Positions 11,771 to 23,615 of a DNA stretch of 64,000 bases are shown piece after piece. The stretch is from NCBI RefSeq assembly GCF_036321535.1, contig NC_087437.1, positions 94,118,001 to 94,182,000 of the forward strand, written 5' to 3'. Every line of letters begins with the position of its first letter. Within the stretch, counting starts at the first letter, position 1. The notes beneath the pieces were generated by a model. It was given only the letters and a program-made list of their open reading frames with translations, made no database searches and was not told the origin of the DNA. Both the position numbers and the translations under genes were made by a program. The stretch is from Camelus dromedarius (Eukaryota).

Positions 11771-12109
11771 ATACTTATTAAAAACTATATCCACAAATTT
11801 GTATCAAGAATTAGTTATTCAATAACAAAAAATTCCATGTAATAACATTTTCATGCCAGCAACATTTTAGAAAATTGCACAAAACATTTTGATATCAACC
11901 TTTGCAAAATTCTTCACTGAATTCAGGTTGTTATGAATCTGTATTCCCCTAGTCCACTGGTTTAATTTATGCCACAATGAAATGGAAAGGCAATTACTTT
12001 GCTATGATTTGCACCACTTGAATTCATGTTGGAGCCTAGTGATCAACACTCTAATTGTGAAATACTCACAAACCATCTGCTACATAATCTGTTTTACAAT
12101 TTTGCCAAA

Positions 12110-12305
12110 GACACATGTCAAGCTTATTGGCTAAGTGATATGTAGTTTTAGAATCCCCTTATTTCCCATTTTGGGAAGTTGCAATAATATTTGTCCTCAT
12201 TCTTTTGGCACATCCTCTGTTCTCTGCAGTTTCTCTCATTGACTATCATTGAAAAAGTGCACTTGCAAGAGTCTTCTAGCCTTCTGATTTGTAGCCATGA
12301 ACTCT
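12110..12305 (-). mobile_element. CR1/L3 LINE ORF2 fragment
   Basis: TGTCAAGCTTATTGG...TGTAGTTTTAGAATCCCC...ATATTTGTCC...TTTTGGCACATCCTCTGTTCTC resembles the antisense L3/CR1 RT region. Confidence 0.6.
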
Positions 12306-12864
12306 CCTGTAAATATTACATTATTTTCATGTTTTTTTCCCACCTCTGCATCAATATTTGAGTATGATTAGTTTTTAAAAATACTTTCCCATTGTCTACA
12401 ATTTATTATAATTTTTTTTTCTGGAGATGATGAAAGAAATTAGAGCAAAGCAGGAGTATGCTGTTGGTCATCAACTGATACTTTATTATTTGTTTATTCA
12501 ATGGTGTCTATTTGCTTACTCTAAAATTTACTCCATATTTAAGTAATTTTTGCCTTATAAATTGCAGTCATTTGATTCCATGACCTATTTAGAAATGTGC
12601 AATTAATATTTTACTCTTTCTAATTTTTTCATGTTATTTAAATTATTATCTATTACAATTTTAATTCTGATGGTGGGTTTTCAGATAACAGACTTCATAT
12701 GAATACAATCACCAACAAAAACAGCAATCTTTTATTGATGGTTATTAGATTTCAGGTATACATTTAGCATTTTAAGTACATTATCTCCCTTAATATTTAG
12801 AAGATTGGAACTATTTCACTGTTACGTAAATTTCCCAGAGATGTGCAGTTATAAGATACAGAGA

Positions 12865-13810
12865 GATTTCTTTTTTCTTTTGTTGTTGTTGTTGTTGTGT
12901 TTGTGGGTTTTTTCGTTGTTGTTGTTTTAAATTGATGCTTATTTTTTAGAGCATTTTTAGGTTAAGAATAAAATTGAGCAGAAAGTACAGAGAATTCTCA
13001 TAAGCCCTCCTCCCTTTCCTCAGTCTCTCCTATTTTAACATCTTTCGTTTGTGTGATACATTTCTTACAATTGGTGAGCCAATACTGAATCAATATTATT
13101 AAATAAATTGACATTAAGGTTCGTACAGTGGGAACCACACACAATGTAGCATTTTCAAATTGCCTTGTTTCACTTAGCAACAGGCATTTAAGTTTGCTCC
13201 ATGTCCTTTCATGGCGTGATGGCTCACTTCTTTTTAGTGCTAAACACTATACCAGTGTATAAACGTACCACAGTTTGTTTATCCATTCACCCCTTAAAGA
13301 ACATCTTGGTTGCTTCCAAGTTTTGACAATTATGAGTAAGCTGTTATAAACATTCATGATATGTATGTTTTTATGTAGATGTAAGTTTTCTACTGTTTTG
13401 GGTAAATAACAAGGGGCATAATTGCTGAAATGTATGGTAAGAGTATATTGACTTTGTAAGAAACTGCCAGAATGTCTTTCAAAGTGTCTGTATCATTCAT
13501 TCCCATCAGCAATGACTGAGAGTTCCTTTTGCTCCACATGTTTGTCAGTATTTGGTGTTTTCAGTGTCTGGGATTTTGGCCATTCTAATACATGTGGAGT
13601 GGTATCTCGTTTTGATTTTGAATCCTTTAATTACGTATGACATTGACCATCTTTTCATATTTATTTTCATTTGTATATCTTCCTTGATGAGGTGTCTGTT
13701 TGGATCTTTTGCCCACGTTTTAATTGATTTATTTGTTTTCTTATTATTGAGTTCTAAGGGTTCTTCGTATTGGCTTCTCTGGGTACTAGATATTCTTCCA
13801 CACAATTTAC
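12865..13810 (-). mobile_element. L1MC-type 3' end with an internal deletion and a (GTT)n-degenerated tail
   Basis: TTTTTAGAGCATTTTTAGGTT...AAAATTGAGCAGAAAGTACAGAGA. ORF 13545..13814 (KTWAKDPNRHLIKEDIQM) is L1 ORF2 C-terminal sequence. Confidence 0.88.
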
Positions 13811-14974
13811 ACATACTATCTCAGTTATTTGAAGTTTTAAATTTTTTATTAACCTTTACCAATTTGAATTTAGAATTGTATTAATAAGTAGAGCATATTT
13901 ACTCTTAGTAAATCTTCCAGTTAATTATTGAAGATAACTTTTGTCACCTTTTCATGTGTATTTTCTTCCACAATTAAGACTTTTATAAAATATTCTTTAT
14001 ATTAAAATTGCTAGAAAGGAATGTCAAATGAAAATTTTGAATTAAGAATTACTTTCAAAGAAATACACTTGTGCAGTCACTCAAATTAGTATAACAAGTT
14101 ATTACGAAGTGACTAACATTGTCAAGTAAACAAGTATTTTTAAACATCTTATAAATGTAGGACAACAGACTTCTTAAAGGACATTTTTTTTCTTCCACAC
14201 ACACACAAATATGTAGGTATCATATGTGTTTTTTCCTTTAAAAGTGGTTTCATGTTGGAAATTCTTGGAAACATTATTTTTTTCCCTCAGATTAAATTAT
14301 GTCCTTTCCTTTTATTTTATTATTTTTCCACATTAACCTCAAAGATACCTTCTACCTAAAGCCAACAAAAATTTAATAAATTCTATACTCATAGAGCATA
14401 AAAGACATTTTTCTCAAATAAAATGTCTTTTCTAGAAGGAAAAAAACCTATGAGAACAGGACTTGTTGACTCTAAAGCTAGAAAAAAAAATCTTTAAAAT
14501 ATATGTGTTTATTTATTTATTTAGGATCTTGGTTCCATTTCTTGACAATTGTCAAATACATGGCCCAAGGCTTATCCAATAAAATCAATACTAAGTAATT
14601 ACTTAAACTTACTTGTAAATTATACTTCTCATAAAAGTTTTTGTTTTCCCTGAAGCAACTTTCTTACATGTAATAAATAATATTTACTAAAATCAATCAG
14701 GAACAATTTTTAAAATTGAATTGATTCATATAAATATTTTAGCTGTGATTAAGCTTGTTAATTAAATGGCAAAGTAAAAAATGTACAAAAGTATTTGCCT
14801 AAATAAAACTATTTTCTTCTCACCTTCTCTAGTTCTCACTAAAAGCAACGTGAGATTTAGCAGAAGGTAATTGGAGTACACTTGTTGAAACAGAGGTGGT
14901 AGTAGATTTCTTAATACAATATGAGTATTCATTTGTAGACATAACTCTGATTTCCATTTTCCTTTGTTGCTTGA

Positions 14975-15520
14975 AGTGTCATTTCCATACTGACAACCCT
15001 TAAATATGTTTCCTGACTTGGGACAGATACTCTAAACTCCAGACTTACACATTCTGTTATCTGAAATCTCTTGTTGGACGTCTCACTGGTATTTTTAACT
15101 GAACATTGCTTCTTTGCTTCCACCTGCTTACAATCTGTTTCTATCCCAGTCAATTTCATTTCTACCTTCCACTTTCCTCACCACTCTCTACAATCACTCC
15201 AGAATTTTTTTCTTATGCTCAAATAGATCTTCAGTGTTCCCAATTATCAACCTCCAATTTTGGTTCCTAACAATTCATCACCAGAGAGTTCCCAGGTGAC
15301 ATTTTTTTATATTGAATATTATGTCATCATGCTGCTTAAAACCCAATAGGCATCTGTGGCACCTGGAATTTACCATGGTTTATGAATTCTTACGGGACCT
15401 GGCCCTGTAAGCCTACTCTTCTACCAGTCATCTTCTTGGTCAGTGAATTGTGTACTAGTTCTTTTCAAAGTGCCATTCATTCCAAGCTCATTCCAGCATC
15501 ATGTCTTTTTTTACATGCCT
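14975..15520 (+). mobile_element. Degenerate L2 fragment
   Basis: CTCTAAACTCCAGACTTAC...GGACGTCTCACTGG and ATGTCATCATGCTGCTTAAAACCC. Confidence 0.6.
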
Positions 15521-16680
15521 CAGTCATCAAAAGCAGTTGTATCCAACCATATGCTTGGGTAATAGATGCTGGGTACCTTATGGATTGAGAAGACAGGATT
15601 TGCAAATGAGAACAAGCTGTAAAAATAAGTATTATAAAATTATACAAATGTTATAATATTCATTTGCTTTACTTATCATTGGACTGTATTTGTTCCTTTG
15701 TGTACTAGTCTTAGAATTTCAAAAGTTGTTTACATTTCTTAAACTTATGAAATTCTATTTTGCCAAATCATTTATAATATTCAGCTATTCTTTTTCCTTT
15801 TCTTCTTTTTTCTTCTTCAAGGAATATAGTCACTTATTTTAATTATGAATTTTAGATTACTTGAGATGTAATTTTGTTTTTATCTCTTTTAACTCTTTTA
15901 GATTCTGAAAGTAGTATGTACCTTCAGTTAAAAAACATGATTATTAACTTAGGTAATAATAGTATTCTTCTATTATTAGTTTAAGAGACACAATTTACTT
16001 ACTCCATTACTTCTCATAGCCATATTTTGATGGACATTTCTAACTGTGCATTATGTAGAATCAATGCCATTTAGTGAATTAGTCTTCTCTTTCTTCTTCT
16101 TTTAAAATGTATATTCCTCTAATAACAAGTAAGTGGAGAAAATGATGATTAAATGCTTATCTGAGACATCTGAAATCATCATCATCTCCGCCATCATCTC
16201 TGAATAGGTAAATTTAACACATTTAGGTCATGAAAGTTGTGTTATCATCATCCTTAATGTATTCTGAATCTCGGCTACAGGACAAGACTCTTCATGGCTG
16301 CCTGCTTTAAGGCACTTTCCCATCATGCTTTGATGTAATCCCCTGGAGTGATTATGTGTGAATAATTCAGAAAATTGCACCATGCCTAGGGTATCAAAGC
16401 CACACGTTGAAATCCAATATAAGCTTTATATTATTGGAACCAGTGTATTGGATTTACCTTAATAAGACTCCCCAAAAGCATAGTCATAGTGAGTAGTTCT
16501 CATTTCTTGCTTATGCTTTCAGTGCCAGGCAAGTAGAAAAACATCCGAGAAACTTAAATATCATATGTGGATTATGTGCCCAGACATTCAGCAGAAACAG
16601 AATTAAACTCAGAACAAAATACAAACATATAAAAGTGTAAACATATCACTGGAACCAAATTAACTAGCAAACTGATGTAT

Positions 16681-16708
16681 ATAGATAGATAGATAGATAG
16701 ATAGATAG
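16681..16708 (+). repeat. (ATAG)7 microsatellite followed by TA/TG-rich low complexity to about 16835
   Basis: Read directly. Confidence 0.95.
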
Positions 16709-18509
16709 ACTTAGAAAATTATATATACCTATGTACTTACATATGTGTAAACCTGTGTGTATACATATATGTATAATATACATGTGTATATATGAATATG
16801 TATGTATGCATGCATATTCATATAGACACATGCATATTAAAGTATTTTGTTGATAGCTGTTTCATGGATCTAGTATGCTATACTAGAATGAAATACCAAT
16901 GTCTAAGGAAATGGTTATTTGAAGATATTTATTAATCATAATCTGATGTGACATGTTTGTATCCTTTCCTCTCCCTAGTAGTATTCCTTTAAAAAAGCTT
17001 CCCCAAGTTTGTAAAAAGAGCTCAGGATTATGCTCCTTAACTGTGTAACTGTGAGGAGTGATTCAATTTATCATACAGCTGGGCTGAATATGCATAAATG
17101 CTGATCAGATGTCCACTTCACAAACATTCCAAACAGAAAAGTGTTTCAATCAGAATTCGGTGAGCTTGAAATTGCTGCATAGTATTGGGAGGGGCAATCC
17201 AACCTGGGCTCTCCTTTGTAAGTTAAGTTTAGTTGGAACACAGCCACATGGCACACTCCTGGGTTTATGTATTGTCTATGGCTGCTTTTGCACTAAAATA
17301 GCTGAGTTAAGTGCAGGCATATCTTGGAGATATCATGGGTTTGGTTCCAGATAACCTCAACAAAGTGAATATCACCATAGGGCAAGTCACACAAATTTTT
17401 GGTTTCCCAATGTATGTTAAAGTTATCTTTACACTCTACTGTAGTCTATAAGTGTACAATAGTATTGTGTCTAAGAAAACAAGGTACAAACCTTAATTTA
17501 AAATATTTTATTACTAAAAATGCTAACCAGCATCTGAGCTTTCGGCGAGTCATAATGTTTTTGCTGGTGGAGAGTCTTGCCTCCATGCTGATGGCTGCTG
17601 ACTGATCAGAGTGGTGGTTGCCAAAGGTTGTGGTGATTGTGACAATGTCAAAATTAGACAATGAAGTTTGCCACATTGATTAACATTCTTTTCATGAACA
17701 GTTTCTATATAGTGTATAATGCTATTTAATAGCATTTTACCCACAGTAGAACTTCTTTCAAAATTGGAGTCAATAGTTTCAAACCCCTCCTCTGCTTTAT
17801 CAACTAACTTGAATATTCTAAATCCTTCATTTTTATTTCAACAGCCTTCATGGCATCTTCACCAGGGGTATATTCTGTCTCAAGAATCCACTTTCTTTGC
17901 TCATCCATAAGAAGCAACTCCTCATTTGTTCAGGTTTTAGAACAAGATGGCAGCAATTCAGTCACATCTTCAGGCTCCTCTTCTAATTTTAGTTTTCTTG
18001 CTATTTCCACCACATCTGCAGATCCTTCCTCTGCTAAAGTCTTGAACCCCTCAAAGGCATCCATGTGGGCTGGAATCAACTAACTCTTGTTAAAAGATTA
18101 ACATTTTGACCTCCTCCCATGAATTTTGAATATTCTTAATGGCACCTAGACTAGTGAATTATTTCCAGAAGCTTTTAAATTTACTTTGTTCAGATCCATC
18201 GGAAGAATCACCATCTATGGAAGCTATAGCCTTATGAAAGGTTTTCTCAAAAAATAAGACTTGAAAGTCAAAATGACTCTTGATCCAGAGGCTGCAGAAT
18301 GGATGTTGTGCTAGTAGTATGAAAACAACATTAATCTTGCTGTGCATCACCATCAGAGCTCTCTGGTGACCAGGTGTATTGTCAATAAGCAGTTATATTT
18401 TGAAAAGAATCTTTTTCCTGAGCAGTAGTTCTCAACAGTAGGCTTAAGCTATTCAGTAAACTATATTGTAAACAGATGTTATGTCACCCAGGCTTTGTTG
18501 CTGCATTTA

Positions 18510-19005
18510 CAGGCCAACCTTGTTTTATTGTCCTTTACTTTATTCCACTTCTCAAATGTTGCCTTTTTAACAAATTGGAGGTTTGTGGCAACCCTGTGTC
18601 AAGCAAGTCTGTTGGCACCATTTTTCCAACAGCATTATTTTTAATCAAGGTATGTACATGGTTTGTTTGTTTATTTATTTATTTATTTGTTTGTTCTTTT
18701 TTTTTTTTTTTTTGGTGGGGGGAGGTAATTAGATTTATTTGTTTGTTTATTATTTTTTTGATGGAGATGCTGGGGATTGAACCCAGTACCTTGTGCATGC
18801 TAAGTATGCGCTCTACCACTGAGCTATACCCAACCCCCGTACATTGTTTTTTTAGACATGCTATTGCACCCTTAATAGACTTCAGTACAAAGTAGACATT
18901 GTATGTGCTGAGAAACCGAAAGAACTGTGTGAACCACTTTATTGTGATATTCACTGTATTGTTGTGGTCTGGAATCGAACCTACAATGTCTCTAAGGTAT
19001 GCATG
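18510..19005 (+). mobile_element. Tigger1-derived MITE (internal-deletion derivative) inserted in opposite orientation inside Tigger1
   Basis: TA|CAGGCCAACCTTGTTTTATTG...AAGGTATGCATG|TA. About 125 bp of the left end is joined directly to the right end. Confidence 0.92.
18665..18838 (-). mobile_element. tRNA-derived SINE (camelid Vic-1 type)
   Basis: Minus strand GGGGGTTGGGTATAGCTCAGTGGTAGAGCGC (A box)...GGGTTCAATCCCCAGCA (B box)...CTAATTACCTCCCCCC followed by an A-rich tail. TSD GTACATGGTTT/GTACATTGTTT. Confidence 0.92.
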
Positions 19006-21182
19006 TACAGTCAGAATAGATTTAACATAATTCTCAAGAGCCCTAGGATTTTAATGGTCAATAAGCACTGGCTTTTACTTCAAGTCACCAGCTGTATTAG
19101 CCTGTAAGAAGAGTGTCAGCCAGTCCTCTGTAGCTTTGAAGCCAGGCATTGACTTCTCCTCTAGCTATAAACATTCTGGATTGTGTCTTCTTCCAAAATA
19201 TGGCTGTTTCATGTACAGAGAAAATTCATTGTTCAGCATAGCCACCTCCGTTAATGATCTGAGCTGGATTGCCTGGATAACCTGCTGCAGCTTCTGCAGC
19301 AGTACTGGCTGCTTCGCTGTGCACTTTAATGGTACGGAGACAGCTTCTTTCCTTAAACCTCATGAACCAACTTCTGCCAGCTTCAGACTTTTCTTCTGCA
19401 GCTTCCTGACCTCTCTCAGGCTTCATAGAATTAAAGGGAGTTAGGGCCTTGCTCTGGATTAGGCTTTGGCTGAGGGAATGTTGTGGCTGGTTTGATCTTC
19501 TATCCAGAGCACTAAAATTTTCTCCATATCAGCACTAAGGCTGTTACACTTTCTTATCATTTGTGTGTTCACTGGAGTAGCATCTTTAATTTCCTTCAAG
19601 AATTTTTTTTTTTCTTTCACAACTCGGTTAGTGCCAGCAGCCTAGCCTTCTGCCTGTCTCAGCTTTCCACATGCCGTCCTTCAGAAGCTTTTGATTTAAA
19701 GGGAGAGATGTGCTGATTTTCCTTTCACTTGAACACTTAGAGGCCATTGTAGAGTTATTAATTGGCCTGATTTCAAATCTTTGTGTCTGATGAAATGAGA
19801 AGGCCTGAGGAGAAGGGGAGAGATGGGGGAGTAACTGGTCAGTGGAGCAGTCAGAACACACAAAACATGTCTATTAAGTTCACCATCCTGTATGAGCACA
19901 GTTCATGGGTCTCTAAATTACAATAGCAATATCGAAGATCACAGGCTGCAAATCACCATAACAAATATAGTAATAGTGAAAAGGTTTGGAATATTGTGAG
20001 AATTGCCAAAACATGACACAGGACAAAGGTTGTTGGAAAAATGATGCTGATAGACTTGTTCAAAACTGGATTGCCACAAACCTTAAGTTATTAAAAAATG
20101 CTATGTCTGCAAAATGCAATGAAGTAAAGCTCAATAAAACGAGGTGTGCCTGTAGTTGCCCAGAAACCCTATGGCTTTGCTACCTTACCCCACACAGAAC
20201 ATAGTTTGCCAACCCTTGGTTTAGATGAATGTGTTATATTTTACCAATAGCTGAATTTGGGGCGTTTTTTGTACCTCATGTATGTCATTAGCTGTTTTAA
20301 TTTTATACATGCAATCTTAATTATCTACATGTGTATTTGCCAGAATTTATAGTAAATATTATTTCATATTTTAAAGTAAATCTAAACTATACTGAAAATT
20401 TTAGATATTGACAGTCTTAAAATGTTACATGCAGTCCTATCAATGTATGGAATATGGAGGATAAGATTTTCTTTTGAGATTTAATTCAATTTATAGGCAT
20501 AGATACCGAATAGCACTCACTTCGGGAAAATACTTAATAAAACTGCCTATATCAAGTGCAGGAAACATAAGTGCTTGAAACAATTTTGGGGTATCTGTTC
20601 AAGGTTTGCTACTTTAACTAATGCTCAATAACATGTTTCAGTAGTACTTAGATTTTTGTCAACTTAGAAAAATTATATAGTAAGTATATAGCATTTGTCA
20701 TTATATCACATCAGCTCTTTTAAGATGAGTTATGTTTTTATTTTAAAAAGACTTTCAACTTATTTCATTGTAAAATATGTTTATTAAATCTTAAACGAAC
20801 TTGTGATCATAAATACTTTAAGTCTTTGAACAAGCTATGGTAAAAATCTTGCCAGAAACATAATTAGCATAGAATTTAAGCTAATGAAAAACAAGGCCAA
20901 CAAAAAAACACATTGTCTTTGGAATGTGTAAAGCAAAGTTCTCACATTCAAGTTGGACTAAATGTTCCTTAGCCTTAGTATTAACATAAAATATTGCCTT
21001 AGATAAAGCATAAATTTAGTAAGAAAAATATGAAAATAAATGAATATTTTAGGACCACTGGGATGTTTTATACCCTATACATCATGCTAAAGTTTTAGCA
21101 AAAAACAATAAAATAAAATTGCCTTACAATCAAATTTGTAAACTGTGTCCCTATAATTTTCCAACTTGATTTGACAAAATGC

Positions 21183-21676
21183 TATTGGGATCCAGAGCAG
21201 GCTGCCCCAAAATATGCCAGTTAGGCATACTGATTATTTTGAATTGAAGTTACTTGAAAAACATCTGAGTGCAAGAAGACTCTAGCGCTCCTTTGTCCCC
21301 TGGAAAGCAGGAAATAAATCCCCCAAGCGAAAGGTACCCTCCTTGTACCAGGAGGGTAGGAGGCGTCCTTACTGCTAGAGATAGGAGATACAAGGCTGAG
21401 AAAGCTGTATAAACAAATTTTGTTACTTCTTTATTAATTTGCTACCCCAAGAAAAATCCCCCTTTTTGGTCAAAACTTCACAAATAATTATGTCTTTGTC
21501 TAAAAGATATAAAAGCTGCCTGCTTTGGTCACTTCATGGAGTCTTATATTTCTATGGACTGCTACATGTAAAAAATTTAATTTGTTTTCTCCTATTAATC
21601 TGTCCTGTGTCAATTTAATTATTAGGCAAGACAGAAGAACCTAGAGAGGCAGAGGAAAAGATTTTCCTCCCTTCCA
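21183..21676 (+). mobile_element. ERV1-class solo LTR (MER34/MER89-like)
   Basis: TATTGGGATCCAGAGCAGGCTGCCCCAAAATATGCC...ATATAAAAGCTG...TTTTCCTCCCTTCCA, with a perfect 4-bp TSD ATGC (21179-21182 and 21677-21680). Confidence 0.9.
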
Positions 21677-22949
21677 ATGCTTTATAATTTTAAAATACGA
21701 TTTCACTCTATAACTAAGTTAAACTCAATCTGAAATTTGTCTTAATATGCCTCAGTCATTAATTAATTTGGTAGCATCATAAAATCCCAAAGATGTATTA
21801 TATTATAGTAATAAAATATGATACCCATAAATGCCAATTCCAGTTATAACATCTTCTTCTACAAATATTAGGAATTATTGCTGGGACTTGCAAATCTATT
21901 TAAGAACTTAATTTGAACATAAAGTTTCAAAGAGGCCTATGGTGTTTCCAAAACAGTATCTGTAAGCAACAACAACAGTAATTACAACGACAAAAATCTA
22001 TCTGATTATTAGCTTTAAATGTGGGCGTCTCAATAATGCTTCTGAAGGACACACTGATTAAGAAATAGTAGAGAATTTTAACTTGCTGGCAAGGCTTTAC
22101 GGAAAAAATTATTCAGAGGAGCGAGAGTAGAAATTGGATAAGCAGTAAAATACCTTATGATTCAAAGTCCCTCCAGTTAGTATTTAGCAATATCTTGAAT
22201 TACAATAATCAAGAGACTTCACTAGCATGAAGAAGTTGGATATACATTAACATATGTGAACCTTGTAACATATGTGAACATATGAGAAATAGGGAATATT
22301 GCTATAGTTGCTGCTCCATATAGATGCTTTCTTCCTCTAATCCTTGAGGAAAGTATGAATGCTTTGGAGGAAATAATACATATTTTGCTTACTTAGCTAT
22401 CATGGATAAGTAAGCGAAGAAAATGCTGCAAACAGTCATAAACTGACACTGAAATAAACAAATATCACACAGACTCAATAACCATTATGAAAATGTCTTT
22501 CTTCTGTTGCTCTAGATAAAAGCAAATTTTCCATTAAAAAAAGGTGAAAATAACAGTTACATTCTAATCTTTTATCTAACTCCAGGCCTCAGAGAATAGG
22601 CACGCCTTAATTTCTAATTAACGTATACATTAACTGCTAAGAATTTTAAGCATGTTTTTAGCTTAATAAAAGTAATCATTATGATCATCAGTAAAAGAAA
22701 AAGTATTCATCTACCAGTCCGATTATACTCATAGAAAAAGCATTAAGATTTTAAAAAATGTGTTAAAGTTGTTTATTATTAATCATTATAATAATAATGC
22801 ATTATTATTATAAAATAACAAATTAATATTATGTCATTGTGTTGTGTCATACCTGTAGAATTAAAAAATCAACACCACTGGGAACTTAGTGGACAGAAAC
22901 TAATAGTTGCAGTATGATTATCTTAAATTCATACATCTTATAAATCATG

Positions 22950-23090
22950 AAATCCTGGAATTATTATTGTCTAATCAGTCACATTTCACCTGAAAAAACT
23001 GAGACCCACATAGAAGTTCACTAACTTGCCACCTGAACACAAATATTTGTGTTTGATTAAAGCCACATGTGCCTGATTCTCAGTCTCTTT
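22950..23090 (-). mobile_element. MIR fragment
   Basis: CATTTCACCTGAAAAAACTGAGACCCAC...TAACTTGCC core motif. Confidence 0.6.
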
Positions 23091-23569
23091 CCTCCTTTTC
23101 TCTGGAAAGTTTCCCCTTGGTTAGTTGATCTGGTCGTCCCGTGTTGAGTATGTACTTTAACGGATTTTCTCCAAATCACCTACTTAGAAAACATAGACAA
23201 TTTGTTACCAGAGTTGAATTTAGGTGAAAATACTATGAATATCACTAAACCATGCTAAGATGTCCTTTATTCTTATATAAGTCAGAAATATGTGAAAGAA
23301 TGGAATGATAATAGGAACAAAAAAACTGTCAGAAATAAGTTACAATCACAGAGTTCTTGAAAGAGTGGATTACAACACCATAAGTCCAGGAAAAATGAAA
23401 TTCTCCATATTTGCTCAAGAACAACAGGATAAATAACCTGGTTTGGATCTAAGGACCATATAGAGTCTCAGTCTGTTTAAAGTGGTCCTCTGGGTGCCAA
23501 GTGATGCTAGAGATCTTCAAGCAATGAAAAGACTTTTCCTTATATTTTCTTTCCACTTCAAATACTAGA

Positions 23570-23571
<2 letters not shown>

Positions 23572-23610
<39 letters not shown>
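23572..23610 (+). repeat. (AC)19 microsatellite
   Basis: Read directly. Confidence 0.97.

Positions 23611-23615
<5 letters not shown>

Larger units (their letters stand above)
17550..19750 (-). pseudogene. Tigger1 transposase remnants (TIGD1-like HTH/CENP-B and DDE regions), frameshifted
   Basis: ORF fragments MASKCSSERK..LNQKL (in 19628..19861), [25 protein letters not shown] (19226..19426) and TFHKAIASIDGDSSDGSEQSKFKSFWK (18159..18353) lie in separate ORFs. Confidence 0.9.
17314..20152 (-). mobile_element. Near full-length Tigger1 (TcMar/pogo) DNA transposon with a disrupted transposase
   Basis: TIRs CAGGCATATCT and AGGTGTGCCTG, flanked by TG and TA (decayed TA TSD). About 2.34 kb after removing the internal insert. 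Confidence 0.95.
17190..20218. mobile_element. MER58A hAT MITE split by Tigger1 (pieces about 17190-17313 and 20153-20218)
   Basis: TTGGAACACAGCCAC...GTATTGTCTATGGCTGCTTTTGCAC...GAGTTAAGT rejoins AGTTGCCCAGAAACCCTATGGC...AGTTTGCCAACCCTTG. Confidence 0.85.

Noticed and set aside
16160..16210. Asp-rich minus-strand frame (DDGGDDDDF)
   Set aside because: It derives from a short (ATC)n run and hits a stop within a few codons.
18765..18838. tRNA-Ala-like gene
   Set aside because: It is followed by a SINE body and A-rich tail, flanked by a TSD, and has an imperfect acceptor stem, so it is a SINE head.
18476..18895. 139-aa hydrophobic ORF
   Set aside because: It is a read-through of MITE sequence, the SINE T-rich tail and antisense SINE.
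17550..19750. Domesticated TIGD1-like gene
   Set aside because: The transposase is split by frameshifts, stops and a 0.5-kb insertion.
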